Assembly (NCBI GenBank): GCA_018700055.1 | Contig: JABISL010000058.1 | Span: 1-10,497 of the forward strand | Direction: 5' to 3' | DNA from: a bacterium | Lineage (GTDB): Bacteria > Margulisbacteria > Marinamargulisbacteria > UBA817 > JABISL01 | DNA: 10,497 bases | In this document: positions 1 through 7,543 of the stretch, piece by piece | Position numbering within the stretch: the first letter of the stretch is position 1 | Layout: every line of letters starts with the position of its first letter | Notes under the pieces: generated by a model | Databases searched by the model: none | What the model saw: only the letters and a program-made list of their open reading frames with translations | Told to the model about the DNA's origin: nothing | Position numbers and translations under genes: made by a program

Positions 1-43
1 AATATATTTTAATACACCTAACATGGCACCCTAGGGGGTTACT

Positions 44-556
44 ATGACCGTTGTTAATGAAAACTCACCTAATATTATTCGACTACTTTTAATTGAAGAT
101 AATGAATTATTCGCAGAATCACTCAAACTCTATCTAACCAGCGATAGCATGTATGAATACCATGTTTTTCATGCAACTAACTTGGCCGACGGCTTGGTTA
201 AACAGGAGCGATTTAATTTTAATATCATATTGTTGGACTTCACCCTTCCTGATTCGGATGGTTACCGATCAATACAGGCATTAAAATCCATCAAGCCCGA
301 CGTCCCTATTGTGATCTTAACTGGATATGATGACAATGACCGAGCAATGAACTCGGTAAACCTGGGGGCCCAAGACTTTTTATCCAAGTCGAGTATTTCA
401 CCAGAAAAACTACAGCGAGCCATTTTCAATGCCATGACTCGAGAAAAAAAAGTGTCTATCCTATCCAATGAAAATGAATCTCTAAAAAATGTAATTCAGT
501 TAGAGCCTGAAATCGACCATGACTATTCAGAAATGGATATTGAACTGCACGGTTAG
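44..556 (+). CDS. Stand-alone response regulator, receiver (REC/CheY-like) domain only, with an acidic C-terminal tail of about 45 aa and no DNA-binding or enzymatic output domain
   Basis: Translation shows the receiver signature: acidic pair at LLLIEDNELF, phospho-acceptor Asp in IILLDFTLPDSDG, conserved Thr in VILTGYDD, and Lys in AQDFLSKS. ATG at 44 lies 5 nt after GGGGG (34-38). Stop TAG at 554-556. Confidence 0.8.
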   Translation: MTVVNENSPNIIRLLLIEDNELFAESLKLYLTSDSMYEYHVFHATNLADGLVKQERFNFNIILLDFTLPDSDGYRSIQALKSIKPDVPIVILTGYDDNDRAMNSVNLGAQDFLSKSSISPEKLQRAIFNAMTREKKVSILSNENESLKNVIQLEPEIDHDYSEMDIELHG

Positions 557-577
557 TATATTAGATAAGATCCACGT

Positions 578-604
578 CGCCAAAATCTAAACACTGTGAA
601 CGCT
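578..604. repeat. 27-bp direct repeat, copy 1 (cgccaaaatctaaacactgtgaacgct)
   Basis: Identical 27/27 to 691..717 by direct character comparison. Flanking bases differ on both sides (t577/g690; a605/t718), so the repeat is exactly 27 bp. Confidence 0.9.
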
Positions 605-690
605 ATGCTCATTAGATTAGATCTACTTCGACCTTCGGCGAAGATAGATCACGGTCAGACTGGCTAAGCCAGATCCTCTCTTAGCCGCGG
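605..690. repeat. 86-bp spacer between the 27-mers containing nested palindromes: a hairpin of about 13 bp at 620..650 and a hairpin of 5-7 bp at 658..675
   Basis: 620-630 gatctacttcg pairs with 639-650 cgaagatagatc (one bulged t); inner cc632-633 pairs with gg637-638. ctggc (660-664), loop taa, gccag (668-672). An alternative pairing is ggctaag (662-668) with cttagcc (680-686). A pyrimidine run ATCCTCTCTT follows the second hairpin on the plus strand. Confidence 0.6.
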
Positions 691-717
691 CGCCAAAATC
701 TAAACACTGTGAACGCT
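691..717. repeat. 27-bp direct repeat, copy 2; overlaps the last six codons plus stop of ispE on the minus strand
   Basis: Perfect copy of 578..604. The reverse complement of 700..720 reads AAA AGC GTT CAC AGT GTT TAG, i.e. K S V H S V stop, in the ispE frame. Confidence 0.9.
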
Positions 718-1539
718 TTTGATCCAGTAATCGGGCCATTGAGACTTGAGAAGAGTCGCTAAACGAGTTGCGTCTTTTTCGTTATCGCAGTCTATAAAAC
801 AAGTCGCACCAGACCCGGAAATATTAAACTCTCGGTCTAATTCAAACTGAACCCAATCAGATAGTTTTTCTAAGTCCGGTAGACAAGCCGTTATTGCAGG
901 AGTGAGGTCATTCGTTCCTTGATACAAGGCTCGCTCATCTATAGACTCTGGAAAGGTGTCACGGCCTAAATCCATACTATCAAACTTGTGATAGACTTTA
1001 GCCGTATCGCTATGAAGATTTGGATTAATCAAAACACCCCACCAATCATCTGGCTCGTCTAGTTTGGTGATCTGATTACCTACTTCTTCAACTAACGCTG
1101 TACCTCCCTGAATAAAAAAAGGAATGTCTGAACCATAAGGTAAGGCCTCCTCTTTAAGTTTCTCAGGGGATTTATTCCACCCAGCAGCTTCATTTAGCCA
1201 ATTCAAAAAGACCCCAGCGTTACTACTTCCGCCGCCCAATCCGCCTCCAATGGGGATTTGTTTATCGATATGAACACGAATTCCAAACGAAAGGCTACTT
1301 AGATAAGGGGCGATGATTTGGGATAAGAGGTTTCGTTCATCACAGGGCACATCAGGATTAGAACACGTTAGTGCCCATTCTCCTGGCGTAGTCGTTTTCT
1401 CCATAGTTAGCGTGTCTGCTAGTGAAATCGTTTGAAAAACAGACCAGATGGGGTGCATCCCATCTGGTCTTGGTTTTCCAACCAACAAACATTTATTGAG
1501 CTTCGCATACGAAGGTGTGCGAGCACCCAATTGTGTCAT
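700..1539 (-). CDS. ispE: 4-diphosphocytidyl-2-C-methyl-D-erythritol kinase (GHMP kinase family, MEP isoprenoid pathway)
   Basis: GHMP motif IPIGGGLGGGSSNAGVFLNWLNE. N-terminus MTQLGARTPSYAKLNKCLLVGKPRPDGMHPIWSVFQ aligns with E. coli IspE [33 protein letters not shown]. ATG at 1539-1537 directly abuts the upstream PPIase stop (TAA 1542-1540), suggesting an operon. Confidence 0.9.
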   Translation of the reverse strand: MTQLGARTPSYAKLNKCLLVGKPRPDGMHPIWSVFQTISLADTLTMEKTTTPGEWALTCSNPDVPCDERNLLSQIIAPYLSSLSFGIRVHIDKQIPIGGGLGGGSSNAGVFLNWLNEAAGWNKSPEKLKEEALPYGSDIPFFIQGGTALVEEVGNQITKLDEPDDWWGVLINPNLHSDTAKVYHKFDSMDLGRDTFPESIDERALYQGTNDLTPAITACLPDLEKLSDWVQFELDREFNISGSGATCFIDCDNEKDATRLATLLKSQWPDYWIKSVHSV

Positions 1540-2379
1540 TTACTTACTTGCTTCGTTGTCAGCGTTGCGTTTTACTTTGATGCGTTTCTTAGCGTCATCT
1601 AGCAACTGTTTAAAGAGAACTTGTTGTTTCTGAACAGATAAAACATTTGCGATTTGATCTTTGGCTTCATTCAACTTAATTTCAGGACGCATTTTTTTAT
1701 CATTCAGTTTGATGATATGAAATCCAAACTGAGATTTAACTACTCCAGACCGACGACCATTTCGTTTAATTGCAAATCCAGCATTTCCGAATTCTGGAAC
1801 CAAGTTGTCTTTTCTGACCCATCCCAAGCTTCCGCCGTTTTCTTTTGTCGGATCAATAGAATGCTTCTTAGCTAACTTTTCAAAACTAACACCTTTTCTA
1901 AGTTGTCTGTTAATTTTATTCGCTTCAGCTTTTGTTTTTACCAAAATGTGGCTCAAGCTACGTGTTTCAAGCGCCGCAAACTGAGCTGGGTTTTGTTGGT
2001 AATACGCTTGGATTTCCTGTGGCGTTACTGCAATATTTTGATCCACTTTGTCTTTTACTAACATTGCGATTAACAACTGTTTTTTAGAGTTTTCTAGTTG
2101 TTGTTTTAGTTCTTTCTTACGGTGATATCCCAGTTTTTTAGCTTGTTGATAAAGAACTTCTTCATCAACCATTTGATCCAATAAACGATCTTGGTTTTCT
2201 TGACGTTGAAGTGCTGCTTGAGATTCTTGCGGATATTGAGCGATACGGCTTTCAAAATCAGTTTTGGTGATTTTAGTCCGTCCTACTTTTACAAGAACAG
2301 TATCTTTGCTCCCAAAGCCATAGGTGCTCGGTGCTGCAAAAAGTGTTATTACTGATAATGCGATTAAAAATTGTTTCAT
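1540..2379 (-). CDS. Secreted PpiC/parvulin-type peptidyl-prolyl cis-trans isomerase (SurA/PrsA/PpiD-like chaperone)
   Basis: Parvulin domain signature SLSHILVKT...NGGSLGWVRKD...FGFHIIKL. Signal peptide MKQFLIALSVITLFAAPSTYG. The ORF track starts at 2397 with a TTG; the likely true start is ATG 2379-2377 preceded by GGGAG. Confidence 0.8.
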   Translation of the reverse strand: MKQFLIALSVITLFAAPSTYGFGSKDTVLVKVGRTKITKTDFESRIAQYPQESQAALQRQENQDRLLDQMVDEEVLYQQAKKLGYHRKKELKQQLENSKKQLLIAMLVKDKVDQNIAVTPQEIQAYYQQNPAQFAALETRSLSHILVKTKAEANKINRQLRKGVSFEKLAKKHSIDPTKENGGSLGWVRKDNLVPEFGNAGFAIKRNGRRSGVVKSQFGFHIIKLNDKKMRPEIKLNEAKDQIANVLSVQKQQVLFKQLLDDAKKRIKVKRNADNEASK

Positions 2380-2432
2380 TAGTGTCTCGTCTCCCAAATC
2401 GTTAAGATAGAATTTATTGCTAGTCTTTAGAC

Positions 2433-2462
2433 ATTGTAAAGGTCTTGAGGAAGCAATTGCAA
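2433..2462 (-). promoter_or_regulatory. Candidate sigma70-like promoter for the PPIase-ispE operon (TTGCAA-N18-TACAAT read on the minus strand)
   Basis: Reverse complement of 2433..2462 gives TTGCAATTGCTTCCTCAAGACCTTTACAAT, about 55 nt upstream of the ATG at 2379. Hexamers match 4/6 and 5/6 with an 18-nt spacer, by eye only. Confidence 0.3.
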
Positions 2463-2527
2463 GTAGAAGAACCGTGTGTGGCCAAAGGGAAACGAGTACG
2501 CCTAGTGATTACGAAGAAATAGCTTAT

Positions 2528-2782
2528 TTATTCGTCTTCAGCAATTTCGTTATTCAAGCCCAACCGTTCATATAGTAACCGAGAGTGCTCTTCGGCCAAA
2601 ACCTTCGGGATTTTTTTACAAATAAAAGCCTCAACCTCTTCTGCGTCAGCCGACTGAACCCATCCTTTTTTTAACATATAGCCTACTGCTGAACGGGTTA
2701 CCTTCTCCGAGACCCCAAGAGAGGTTTCGTGAATAAGGGCTTTCATTTCTTCAACGAGTTTTTGATCTTCTTCTAGGCTCAT
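2528..2782 (-). CDS. Small acidic hypothetical protein (84 aa), translationally coupled to the upstream serine hydrolase gene; possible helix-turn-helix-like segment
   Basis: ATG 2782-2780 overlaps the TGA stop (2781-2779) of the upstream gene (ATGA overlap). The ORF track's longer form begins with TTG at 2809. Segment SLGVSEKVTRSAVGYMLKKG loosely resembles an HTH; no confident family assignment. Confidence 0.55.
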   Translation of the reverse strand: MSLEEDQKLVEEMKALIHETSLGVSEKVTRSAVGYMLKKGWVQSADAEEVEAFICKKIPKVLAEEHSRLLYERLGLNNEIAEDE

Positions 2783-3717
2783 AGTATTGATTGTTGCTCC
2801 TGTCTCCAATCATAGATAACTTTTGCAATTTCTGCCACTCTTTCTCTTAGCACCATAAATGACGTTCCTTTTTGGCGAACCGATATAACGATTATATATG
2901 GCGCGTCTCCATCCCAAATGATCCCCATATCATGAACGATTCCCTTTAGGGTTCCCGTCTTATTTGAAACCGGTATCGCCGGATGCAAATATTTAGGAAT
3001 CCCCCACCGGTAGACGTTTTGCTTCATAAGCTCTTTTGCTTGTCGCCGCCCCTCTGGATGCCAATGATCTCCTTCTAATAACTGGTTTAAGACCCGTTTC
3101 ATATCGGCTACTGTCGTCCAGTTTTTTTCTTGGGCCTTGAGTAAGTGACCCGTTCCTATTTCTGTTCCGATATAACCGGCCCTATTAAATTCTACCTGTA
3201 GCCCCTCTAAGGTAAGTCGATCAACTAGCATTTTGGTCGCTGTATTATCACTATAAACAATCATATATCTAATCAAATCTTGAATGCTCCACCGAGATCC
3301 AATCGGCGCATATATGAGTTTTCCAGAGCCCCAGACCTTATCCTTTCGATTCAGAATCATCGTTTCAGAGTCCTTAAGCATCCCTTCATGAATCGCTTCT
3401 AGTGTCGCCAACATAATCGGGACCTTAATAACACTAGCGGGATTAAACCGGTCATGAACTCGATAGTCTATCGCCTCATTTTTTTGAGGGTCCCAGTATG
3501 CAATACCAAGATCAAAGTCTTCTGGATCGACTTTCTGGTGGATTGCCTGCATAAGATGTAACAAATGCTCTGGCCCAGGGCTAATAATCGTAGGCGTCTG
3601 AAAAAGGACAACAACTCCAATAGTAATCCCCCCTATTAGAACACGCCTCAAAAAAGGGATTATGACAGTGATCGGTTTAAAGCGTCGCTTAATGCGTTGA
3701 AAGACTGTCCGCTCCAC
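2779..3717 (-). CDS. Membrane-anchored serine hydrolase with class A beta-lactamase / penicillin-binding fold
   Basis: SxxK (ASVIKV), SDN (YSDNTA) 61 residues later, and KTG (NKTGTLKG) about 97 residues after SDN match class A beta-lactamase spacing (70/130/234). N-terminal TM segment VLIGGITIGVVVLF. Start uncertain: GTG at 3717 overlaps the upstream gene by 58 bp; an alternative TTG lies at 3651-3649. Confidence 0.75.
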   Translation of the reverse strand: MERTVFQRIKRRFKPITVIIPFLRRVLIGGITIGVVVLFQTPTIISPGPEHLLHLMQAIHQKVDPEDFDLGIAYWDPQKNEAIDYRVHDRFNPASVIKVPIMLATLEAIHEGMLKDSETMILNRKDKVWGSGKLIYAPIGSRWSIQDLIRYMIVYSDNTATKMLVDRLTLEGLQVEFNRAGYIGTEIGTGHLLKAQEKNWTTVADMKRVLNQLLEGDHWHPEGRRQAKELMKQNVYRWGIPKYLHPAIPVSNKTGTLKGIVHDMGIIWDGDAPYIIVISVRQKGTSFMVLRERVAEIAKVIYDWRQEQQSIL

Positions 3718-4961
3718 TGTTTTTCGGTAGACTCAAGAGGGCCAACAGCCGCTAACGAAAACTGGTCATCTCTAAATAATGTTTGTGCCATTTCTTGTAA
3801 ATCAGTCGCTGTAATGGATTCAATCTTGTCGATAACTTCTTGTACTGTATATGTCGTCCCCTTATACATCGTACTCTTAGCCAACCATGTCATCCATGCG
3901 CCCGATCCTTCTAGCCCCAACATTAAATGTCCTTTTAACTGTTCCTTGATGCGGTGCATTTCCTTTTCTGTGGGCGGGGTTTGCTTCAAGTCTTGCAGTT
4001 CATTGAGAATGACCTCTACAGTTTTTTGAAATACGCCTTTGTTAATACCCGCATAAATAGAAAACAGGCCATTTTTTTGATAGAACGGTGTATACGAATA
4101 AACCGAGTAAGCCCAACCTCTCTTCTCTCGAATAGACTGAAATAAGCGTGAACTCATCGATCCACCCAGTAATGTACTGAGTAGCGTTACCTTGTAGTGA
4201 TCCTTATCCTGATAAGGAACCCCTTGGCCACCCAAAATTAAATGAACCTGCTCAATGTCTCGCGTTTTAATAACTACCTTACTAGAGGGGCTCACTGGGA
4301 CGGTAAGACTTGAAAAAGGGGTGCCCGGAATCGCATTTCCGCCAAGCTTGTTTTCGATCATCTTCACTAGTTTGTCGTGATCTGGAATATTCCCTGCAAT
4401 CGACACTACTTGATTGAGGGGATTGTTATAGTTCTTATAAAACGATTTAAGTTTGGTGCTATCAATAGCAGAAACGCTATTAGTCGTACCCAAAATAGGC
4501 AATCCCAACTTGCCTTCGCCCCAAATCGTTTGACCAAAAAGATCATGGATATAATCATCAGGAGTATCATCTACCATATTGATCTCTTCTAGAATGACCT
4601 TTTTTTCTAGCGCCACATCTTTGTCATTAATACTGGAGTTGGTAAATAGGTCACTGAGTATTTCCAACCCTTTTTCAAGATGTTGGGACAAAACTGTCAC
4701 ATAGTAACAAGTGTACTCTCTCGATGTATGAGCATTGATCACGCCGCCTATACTATCAATTTCTTCTGTGATTTGTTGTGATGTCCGGGCCCCCGTTCCT
4801 TTGAAACACATGTGCTCCAAGAAATGGGCGATCCCGTTCTGGTCGTCTGATTCTTGAATCAAACTCGTTAGAGTATAGAACCCTATTGATACCGCACACG
4901 AGGTCGGGATAGACTTGGTAACAAGTCGTATCCCGCTCGATAGTGTGGTCGGTTGGTCCAT
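3660..4961 (-). CDS. M16 family (pitrilysin/insulinase-like) zinc peptidase
   Basis: Inverted zinc-binding motif HFLEH (HxxEH) near the N-terminus, with downstream E-rich region. ATG 4961-4959 lies 5 nt after the pnp stop (TAG 4969-4967). Stop TAA 3662-3660. Confidence 0.85.
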   Translation of the reverse strand: MDQPTTLSSGIRLVTKSIPTSCAVSIGFYTLTSLIQESDDQNGIAHFLEHMCFKGTGARTSQQITEEIDSIGGVINAHTSREYTCYYVTVLSQHLEKGLEILSDLFTNSSINDKDVALEKKVILEEINMVDDTPDDYIHDLFGQTIWGEGKLGLPILGTTNSVSAIDSTKLKSFYKNYNNPLNQVVSIAGNIPDHDKLVKMIENKLGGNAIPGTPFSSLTVPVSPSSKVVIKTRDIEQVHLILGGQGVPYQDKDHYKVTLLSTLLGGSMSSRLFQSIREKRGWAYSVYSYTPFYQKNGLFSIYAGINKGVFQKTVEVILNELQDLKQTPPTEKEMHRIKEQLKGHLMLGLEGSGAWMTWLAKSTMYKGTTYTVQEVIDKIESITATDLQEMAQTLFRDDQFSLAAVGPLESTEKQWSGQSFNALSDALNRSLS

Positions 4962-4966
4962 TAAGT

Positions 4967-7060
4967 CTAGTTAGTGGCTGCTACAGCTTCTGCTCTAACT
5001 AGGCTAATTTTTCCTTGTGGATCTACATTCTCCACTTTAACTGTGATGTTTTGTCCTTCTTTAAGGTATTCACTGACGTCTTTGATGTGATGATCAGCTA
5101 CTTTGGAAATATGAAGAAGGCCTTCTTTTCCAGGAAGCAATTCGATGAATGCACCAAATGCAACGATCTTGATGACGCGACCTTCGTAGACTTCGCCTCT
5201 CTCAACATCTTTAACGATACCTAATACCATTCGTTTAGCGATCGCAACTTCTTCAGCGTTCTTTCCGGAAATGCTTACCTCGCCTTTTTCACCGTCGACT
5301 ACAAATACAACCGCACCAGATTCTTCTTCGATGGCTTTGATTTGTTTTCCGCCAGGTCCAATCAACATCCCTACTTTTTCAGGATTGATTTTAACAAACT
5401 CGATCTTAGGTGCAAAAGAAGACACTTCTGCGCGAGGCGTTTGCATGACTTTGCTCATTTCGTTAAGAATATGTAAACGACCGTCTTTAGCTTGAGCCAA
5501 TGCATTTCTAAGAATATCTTCAGATAAGCCAGACACCTTGATATCCAACTGAAGTGCCGTGATGCCTTTTTCAGTTCCAGCTACCTTGAAGTCCATGTCA
5601 CCGTAGTGATCTTCTAGACCTTGGATATCACTAAGGATCACATAGTCATCCCCACTGATTAACAATCCCATAGCGATTCCTGATACTGGGGCCGTGATTG
5701 GTGCACCTGCATCCATCAATGCCAAGCTTCCAGAACAAACAGACGCCATTGAAGACGACCCGTTAGACTCAAGAATCTCAGATACGATACGAATGGTATA
5801 AGGAAAGTCTTCATGACTAGGAAGAACCGACTGCAATGCACGTCCGGCCAAAGCGCCATGTCCTAATTCACGACGACTAGTACGTCCCATGAATCCAACC
5901 TCACCTACAGAGTAAGGAGGGAAGTTATAATGGAACATATAAGGATTCTTCTCAGAGTCCTTAAGGCCATCAATGATTTGTTTGTCTCTATCCGTTCCAA
6001 GTGTAACAACACCCAAACTCTGAGTCTCACCTCGTGTAAACACAGCCGATCCATGAGTGGCTGGTAATGCACTTACTTCGATAGAAATATCACGAATCTC
6101 ATCTAATTTACGACCATCAGGACGTTGTTTCTTGCTGATGATAGAGTTACGGATCCCCGCTTTTTTCACTTCACCAAAATAACGCTTAACTAAGTCACGG
6201 TTAGACTCGTCTTCGTTAACGAACTTAGCAAGCGTATCTGTTTCCAGCTGCTTAATAAGCGCATCGATTTCTTCTTTGTTACCAGACTGCATATTGGCTT
6301 CGATTTGAGATCCAACAAATGTACTTACTTCTTTAGAAAGGGCTTCGTCACTCTCCACTTCTGGAAGAACGATTTTTGTTTTGCCTGCAGCCGCCTGCAA
6401 GTCTTCTTGAACAGCTACCGTTTCCTTGATTACCGCATGTGCAACCTGGATAGCTTCTAGAATACGATCTTCAGATACTTCACTAGCACCCGACTCGATC
6501 ATCATAATCGCATCCTTGGAACCAGCTACCATGATTTGTAGTGTAGAGCGTTCTTCTTCTTCAAACGTAGGATTCGCTTTTAACTCACCATCTACGTCAC
6601 AAACATATGCAGCGCCGATTGGACCATTGAATGGAATGTCAGATACGCTAAGCGCTGCTGAAGCAGCAATCATTGCTAGGAATTCAGGGGCAAATGTTTC
6701 GTCGAAAGACAAAACAGTAATTGCAATCTGAACTTCATGGAAAAAATACTTAGGGAAACAAGGACGAACCGGACGATCAATCAATCGTGCAGTTAATGTA
6801 GAGTCTGTTGTTGGGCGACCTTCACGTTTGAAGAATCCACCAGGAATTTTTCCAGCCGAATACATTTTTTCAACATATTCAATTGTAAGCGGGAAAAAGT
6901 CGATTCCGCTTTTAGGTTCTTTGCTCATTACAGCTGTAGCTAACATTACTGTGTTGCCACAACGTACTACAACAGATCCATTAGCCTGTTTCGCCAACTT
7001 ACCTGTTTCTATTGTTATTTCTCGTCCTGCTATTGTTCTTGTTTCGCTTTTCGCTGTCAT
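4967..7060 (-). CDS. pnp: Polyribonucleotide nucleotidyltransferase (PNPase)
   Basis: 697 aa. Two RNase PH-like halves, KH (GPGGKQIKAIEEESGA) and C-terminal S1 domain (GRVIKIVAFGAFIELLPGKEGLLHISK). Immediately downstream of rpsO, the canonical arrangement. AAGGA RBS 9 nt before ATG 7060-7058. Confidence 0.95.
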   Translation of the reverse strand: MTAKSETRTIAGREITIETGKLAKQANGSVVVRCGNTVMLATAVMSKEPKSGIDFFPLTIEYVEKMYSAGKIPGGFFKREGRPTTDSTLTARLIDRPVRPCFPKYFFHEVQIAITVLSFDETFAPEFLAMIAASAALSVSDIPFNGPIGAAYVCDVDGELKANPTFEEEERSTLQIMVAGSKDAIMMIESGASEVSEDRILEAIQVAHAVIKETVAVQEDLQAAAGKTKIVLPEVESDEALSKEVSTFVGSQIEANMQSGNKEEIDALIKQLETDTLAKFVNEDESNRDLVKRYFGEVKKAGIRNSIISKKQRPDGRKLDEIRDISIEVSALPATHGSAVFTRGETQSLGVVTLGTDRDKQIIDGLKDSEKNPYMFHYNFPPYSVGEVGFMGRTSRRELGHGALAGRALQSVLPSHEDFPYTIRIVSEILESNGSSSMASVCSGSLALMDAGAPITAPVSGIAMGLLISGDDYVILSDIQGLEDHYGDMDFKVAGTEKGITALQLDIKVSGLSEDILRNALAQAKDGRLHILNEMSKVMQTPRAEVSSFAPKIEFVKINPEKVGMLIGPGGKQIKAIEEESGAVVFVVDGEKGEVSISGKNAEEVAIAKRMVLGIVKDVERGEVYEGRVIKIVAFGAFIELLPGKEGLLHISKVADHHIKDVSEYLKEGQNITVKVENVDPQGKISLVRAEAVAATN

Positions 7061-7090
7061 AAATAATTCCTTTTGAGTGACCCTCTTGAT

Positions 7091-7378
7091 TTAGTTTTGT
7101 ATTTTAAGTCCCATTTTCTTAGAAATGGCTACATAACGACCATAGTCTTTTTTACTTAAATATTTAAGTAATCGACGACGACGCCCTACCATAACGAGTA
7201 GACCGCGACGGGTATGTTGATCTTTTTTATTTACTTTAAGATGCTCGATAAGGTGATTGATTCGTGCTGATAGAATCGCGATTTGCACCTCTGGAGATCC
7301 GGTATCTGTGTCGTGAACCTTGTGCTCACTGATAAGTTCTTGCTTGTCTGTATTTCCTAATTTTGTTTTTGTTGCCAT
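7091..7378 (-). CDS. rpsO: 30S ribosomal protein S15
   Basis: [49 protein letters not shown] matches the S15 consensus (TGSTEVQVALLTAQINHL...[23 protein letters not shown]). GGAGG RBS before ATG 7378-7376. Confidence 0.95.
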   Translation of the reverse strand: MATKTKLGNTDKQELISEHKVHDTDTGSPEVQIAILSARINHLIEHLKVNKKDQHTRRGLLVMVGRRRRLLKYLSKKDYGRYVAISKKMGLKIQN

Positions 7379-7487
7379 TTTTGTACCTCCACTGAAGAGC
7401 GCGCCAGGAAAAGACCCACTCCACGTGTTATTTTGAGGTCAATACTATCACAGTCAAATGGGGGGGTCTATAGGAAGAGGTTGTTTA

Positions 7488-7541
7488 TATTTCGATTCAG
7501 ATTCCGTGCATTATCTCTCTAACGGGATCTAAATCGAAATA
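7488..7541 (-). promoter_or_regulatory. Imperfect 20-bp inverted repeat (14-nt spacer) in the rpsO upstream/leader region; candidate RNA hairpin (RNase III-type substrate or S15 autoregulatory element) or operator
   Basis: 7488-7507 tatttcgattcagattccgt versus reverse complement of 7522-7541 tatttcgatttagatcccgt: 18/20 match. On either strand one mismatch becomes a G-U wobble and the other a C-A. About 110 nt upstream of the rpsO ATG. Confidence 0.35.
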
Positions 7542-7543
7542 CT

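Noticed and set aside
605-690. tRNA or SRP-RNA-like gene in the structured spacer
   Set aside because: There is no cloverleaf, no GTTCRANYC T-loop (only a TTCGA pentamer), no CCA end, and no GGAAGGAAGCAGC SRP domain IV motif. A 20-codon plus-strand ORF starting at 605 has no RBS.
578-717. Possible minimal CRISPR array (two 27-bp repeats)
   Set aside because: There are only two repeats. The 86-bp spacer is far longer than typical 26-72-bp spacers. The second repeat is part of the ispE coding sequence, and no cas genes are in the window.
2380-2397. N-terminal extensions in the ORF track (PPIase from 2397, small ORF from 2809, SPFH from 8105) beginning with TTG translated as M
   Set aside because: Each has an in-frame ATG shortly downstream with a better RBS, or a signal peptide beginning right at that ATG (MKQFLIAL...; AAGGAG before 8138; ATGA coupling at 2782). 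The TTG starts are treated as ORF-caller artefacts.
3697-4029. Opposite-strand or overlapping ORFs inside large genes (e.g. 3697-4029+, 5015-5224+, 6426-6731+, 6828-7076+, 8014-8310-, 8533-8841-, 9406-9636+, 9641-9868-, 262-468-, 1448-1633+, 1654-1875+)
   Set aside because: All lie entirely within, and antisense or out of frame to, strongly supported conserved genes (pnp, M16 peptidase, leuS, SPFH, ispE, PPIase). They have low-complexity or atypical composition and are treated as spurious.
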